DNA of 64,000 nt. Source: Eledone cirrhosa. Its lineage: Eukaryota. Numbering within the stretch: position 1 is the stretch's first letter; each line of letters opens with the position of its first letter. Where the stretch lies: assembly GCA_964016885.1 (NCBI GenBank), contig OZ024749.1, forward strand, positions 21,390,001 to 21,454,000. The letters run 5' to 3'. The notes under the pieces are model-generated. The model was given only the letters and a program-made list of their open reading frames with translations. It was not told where the DNA came from and searched no databases. Positions 63,575 to 64,000 of this stretch are shown here, piece after piece. The translations under genes and the position numbers were made by a program.

Positions 63575-64000
63575 TACGTTTTTTCATTTTTTCGAATTTT
63601 TCATTTTTTTAGAATTTTATATTTTTGAATTTTACACTTATTCTATTTTTTAATTCTTTTCGATTTTTCGATTTTTTCGGTTTTTCAATTTCTCAATTTT
63701 TTAGCGTTAGGGTTAGGGTTAGGGGTAGCGGTACGGTTAGGGTTAGGGTTAGGTTTAGGATTAGGGTTTAGGATTTAGGGGTTAAGGTTAGTGTTAGTAT
63801 TACGGTTAGAGTTAGGTTTAGGGTTGGGGTTTAGGGTTAGGGTTAGGTTTAGTGTTATGGTTAGGGTTACGTTTTTTCATTTTTTCGATTATTTCATTTT
63901 TCGATTTTTTTCGATTTTTTCGATTTTTTCGATTTTTTTGATTTTCATTTCTTTCGAATTTTCTTTTTTTCATTTTTTTGATTATAGGATATTTTAGATT
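59721..64000 (+). repeat. Subfamily III domain, running off the window end inside a T-block
   Basis: Has its own variants (AGAGATAAGG, TTTTGAGGGCAAGTG, TATGCGTATGG) and shares rare variants with 1-955. Confidence 0.7.
60415..63445 (+). repeat. Tandem duplication, unit 1483-1514 bp
   Basis: Pseudo-ORFs 61446/62960 and 61619/63133 at offset 1514. TATAGGA at 60458 and 61941. Confidence 0.93.

Larger units (their letters stand above)
1..64000 (+). repeat. Composite satellite: degenerate (TTAGGG)n tracts alternating with T-rich (T4-8-CA/CGA)n blocks
   Basis: Every line of the window belongs to one of the two sequence classes. TTAGGG is always on the + strand. I saw no CCCTAA tract and no unique sequence. 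About 130 T-blocks by hand count. Confidence 0.98.

Noticed and set aside
328-63997. All ORFs in the track as protein-coding genes
   Set aside because: They are the expected readings of (TTAGGG)n (GL, VR), (CCCTAA)n (LT, PN) and T-tracts (F/I/S). Many start at GTG/TTG inside variant repeats, and paralogous copies are frameshifted by T-run and heptamer indels.
1-64000. Functional telomerase-made terminal telomere
   Set aside because: The longest perfect run seen is ~10 units, variants are inherited in kilobase patterns, and the window ends inside a T-block.
1-64000. Pure basecalling artefact of telomeric reads
   Set aside because: Complex variant strings and T-blocks recur almost exactly across multi-kb copies with graded divergence, which random miscalls would not produce. 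Copy number of the youngest duplications still needs read support.
443-64000. T-blocks as poly(A) tails or remnants of telomere-targeting non-LTR retrotransposons (SART/TRAS-like)
   Set aside because: There is no RT or endonuclease coding sequence, no complex UTR-like sequence and no clear target-site duplication, and the tracts are regularly punctuated. A very old origin of this kind cannot be excluded.
1-64000. Chromosome end-to-end fusion site or large inverted repeat
   Set aside because: No CCCTAA-oriented tract or A-rich block was seen on the + strand.
1-64000. Assignment to a specific organism
   Set aside because: TTAGGG is used by many animals, fungi, protists and some plants and algae, and there is no unique sequence to anchor taxonomy.

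Overview
All 64 kb is non-coding repetitive DNA, most likely eukaryotic. I find no credible gene, RNA gene, CRISPR array or transposon. The window is one uninterrupted composite satellite in a single orientation. Tracts of degenerate telomeric repeat (TTAGGG with TTTAGGG, TTAGTG, TTAGGT, TTATGG, TTAGCG, TTAGAG, TTACGG and other variants, about 70-1400 bp) alternate with about 130 (hand count) T-rich blocks of about 30-330 bp, built from T4-8 runs joined by CA/CGA/CAA/AGA linkers. The T-blocks fall into recognisable types with fixed junction sequences and a fixed order, giving a ~1.0-1.6 kb monomer. That monomer has been amplified by nested head-to-tail duplications of 81 bp to 7.7 kb, short-homology deletions and at least one non-tandem copy event over 10.8 kb. 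Three subfamily domains can be seen (about 1-1.86 kb plus 59.7-64 kb; 1.86-37.9 kb; 37.9-59.7 kb). Every ORF in the track is a translation artefact of the repeats (GL/VR, LT/PN, F/I/S-rich). The best candidate for an undescribed system is a recombination-maintained, telomere-derived higher-order satellite (subtelomeric, ALT-like, interstitial or centromeric). Which of these it is, and the organism, cannot be decided from this window. Coordinates were read by hand and from ORF-track offsets, so boundaries are approximate (about +/-10-20 bp).
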